Shown here in pieces: positions 63,056 through 64,000 of a stretch of 64,000 bases of DNA. Source of the stretch: an uncultured virus (IMG/VR IMGVR_UViG_3300031760_000037) (taxonomy: Duplodnaviria; Heunggongvirae; Uroviricota; Caudoviricetes); IMG/VR virus record IMGVR_UViG_3300031760_000037; one strand, 5' to 3'. The notes beneath the pieces were generated by a model, which was not told the origin of the DNA, did not search any database, and worked only from the letters and a program-made list of their open reading frames with translations. The first letter of the stretch is position 1, and each line of letters starts with the position of its first letter. The translations under genes were made by a program, and so were the position numbers.

Positions 63056-63958
63056 CTAGAAACGCCATTCTCATTCTTCGGAAGATGAAGAATTATTATC
63101 TATTCAGGGGGTAGCATTAAAGCTAGTCATTCAGTCTTCTCAATATAAAGGACATTGTTCTCTTAATGGACACCGTTTACAAGCAAGACATTTCTTTGGG
63201 TTGAACTCGTCGTTATCATATGCCTTTATATATTCAGTTAGTAAATGATAGATCAGTCTTTCACTGTCTTCATATTTATAATTCAATTCTATTATCTGTA
63301 GCTGTGGTGTTTTTTGTTTGGTCCAAACGAAATAAGTAAAGTCAAAATCATCTCTCTTTTTCAGCTGTGGAAGGTTAGAAGTTATGCGTCGCATCCGTGG
63401 ATAAAGTCTTCGTTGAAGTTTAAAATCAGGTTCATTCTTTCACCACTTTGACTTCGCTGTTTTACAGTCTCAGATAGTATAATCACTGAACACTCGGTCT
63501 GCTGTTCAAGTTAAATATATCTCGTGATATGGTGGAAGGCTAACGTTGTTAGCACTTTGATCCGCGTCCATAAGTATACGCAAGGTCATACGTTTCTGTG
63601 TATATAATGGGTAATGAGTTTTATATTTAGAATCAGCTGGTAAGTCTTTCCATAGCTTTGCGAACTGGAAAAACATTTGGTATTCAGGATGTTCAGTTGA
63701 GTTTCATAATACACGTAGCACTTCATCTCATAATTTATCTCAGTATTGATAAGCTGTCATAAGTTGTTCAGCTATATCTCAGGTATAAAAAGCATTACGT
63801 CAATTCTCTGATGGTTTAGATTTATCAAACTTATAACGGTAAGGACAAGTCATAAATCATTCCAATCCTGTTGGATGTAGCTCGTGTGTTGTTGGCGTTG
63901 CGGTTGTATTTATATTATGTGTACGCCAATCTATTGTAGGTATTATAATGTTATCCAT
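63056..63958 (-). CDS. Cas4/RecB-like PD-(D/E)XK exonuclease with Fe-S Cys cluster (300 aa)
   Basis: FMTCPYRY, LTGTAD, IGDCKT, LQ..LY, CLACK-W(CGG)-CPLREQC. Confidence 0.85.
63080..63110 (-). promoter_or_regulatory. Bipartite motif CCCCTG-N22-TCC (copy 4, in the 3' tail of the Cas4-like gene)
   Basis: Plus-strand gga 63080-63082 and cagggg 63105-63110. Confidence 0.45.
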
Positions 63959-64000
63959 TTGAATTGTGATGGTTAGGTGATAAAGGTTTTATATTTTTTA

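Noticed and set aside
1..64000. Low coding density suggesting widespread pseudogenes
   Set aside because: Artefact of treating TGA as stop; with TGA=Gly the genes tile the window and keep intact motifs.
1..64000. DGR reverse transcriptase, Avd or template repeat
   Set aside because: No RT motif and no AAC-rich copy of the VR noticed by eye; the paralog at 32480-32670 is too divergent and is coding.
1..64000. tRNA genes, including suppressor tRNAs for TGA or CGR
   Set aside because: No cloverleaf or T-loop signature found by eye; needs tRNAscan-SE/Aragorn to confirm.

Overview
This 64 kb, AT-rich window is part of a tailed dsDNA phage genome (podovirus-like head and nozzle genes plus several fibres). 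It is not read in the standard code. TGA is glycine, and CGA/CGG fall at positions where Trp is conserved. That combination is reported for Absconditabacterales (SR1, Patescibacteria), the inferred host. The supplied ORF track is therefore mostly fragments and shadow ORFs; all CDS calls here are manual translations with TGA=Gly and CGA/CGG=Trp, and long ORFs were frame-checked at many points but not codon by codon. Plus strand 1-35 kb: a >3,785-aa polyvalent protein (JAB, DUF4326-like, SF1 helicase with an inserted SLOG domain), a 1,364-aa probable ejection protein, TerS-like gene, portal with an apparently overprinted +1-frame gene, scaffold, major capsid, adaptor, nozzle and fibres. The last fibre carries an internal A-depleted DGR-type variable region with no RT or template repeat in the window. 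35-41 kb: small operons and a holin + HNH-like + papain-like protease cassette. Minus strand 41-64 kb: a candidate structured ncRNA, replication/recombination genes (RecU-like, primase-helicase, SSB, SF2 helicase, Sak4-like, Cas4-like), many small acidic early genes preceded by a repeated CCCCTG-N21/22-TCC motif, and a membrane-anchored lysozyme-like protein. Product names come from motif recognition only; no database searches were run.
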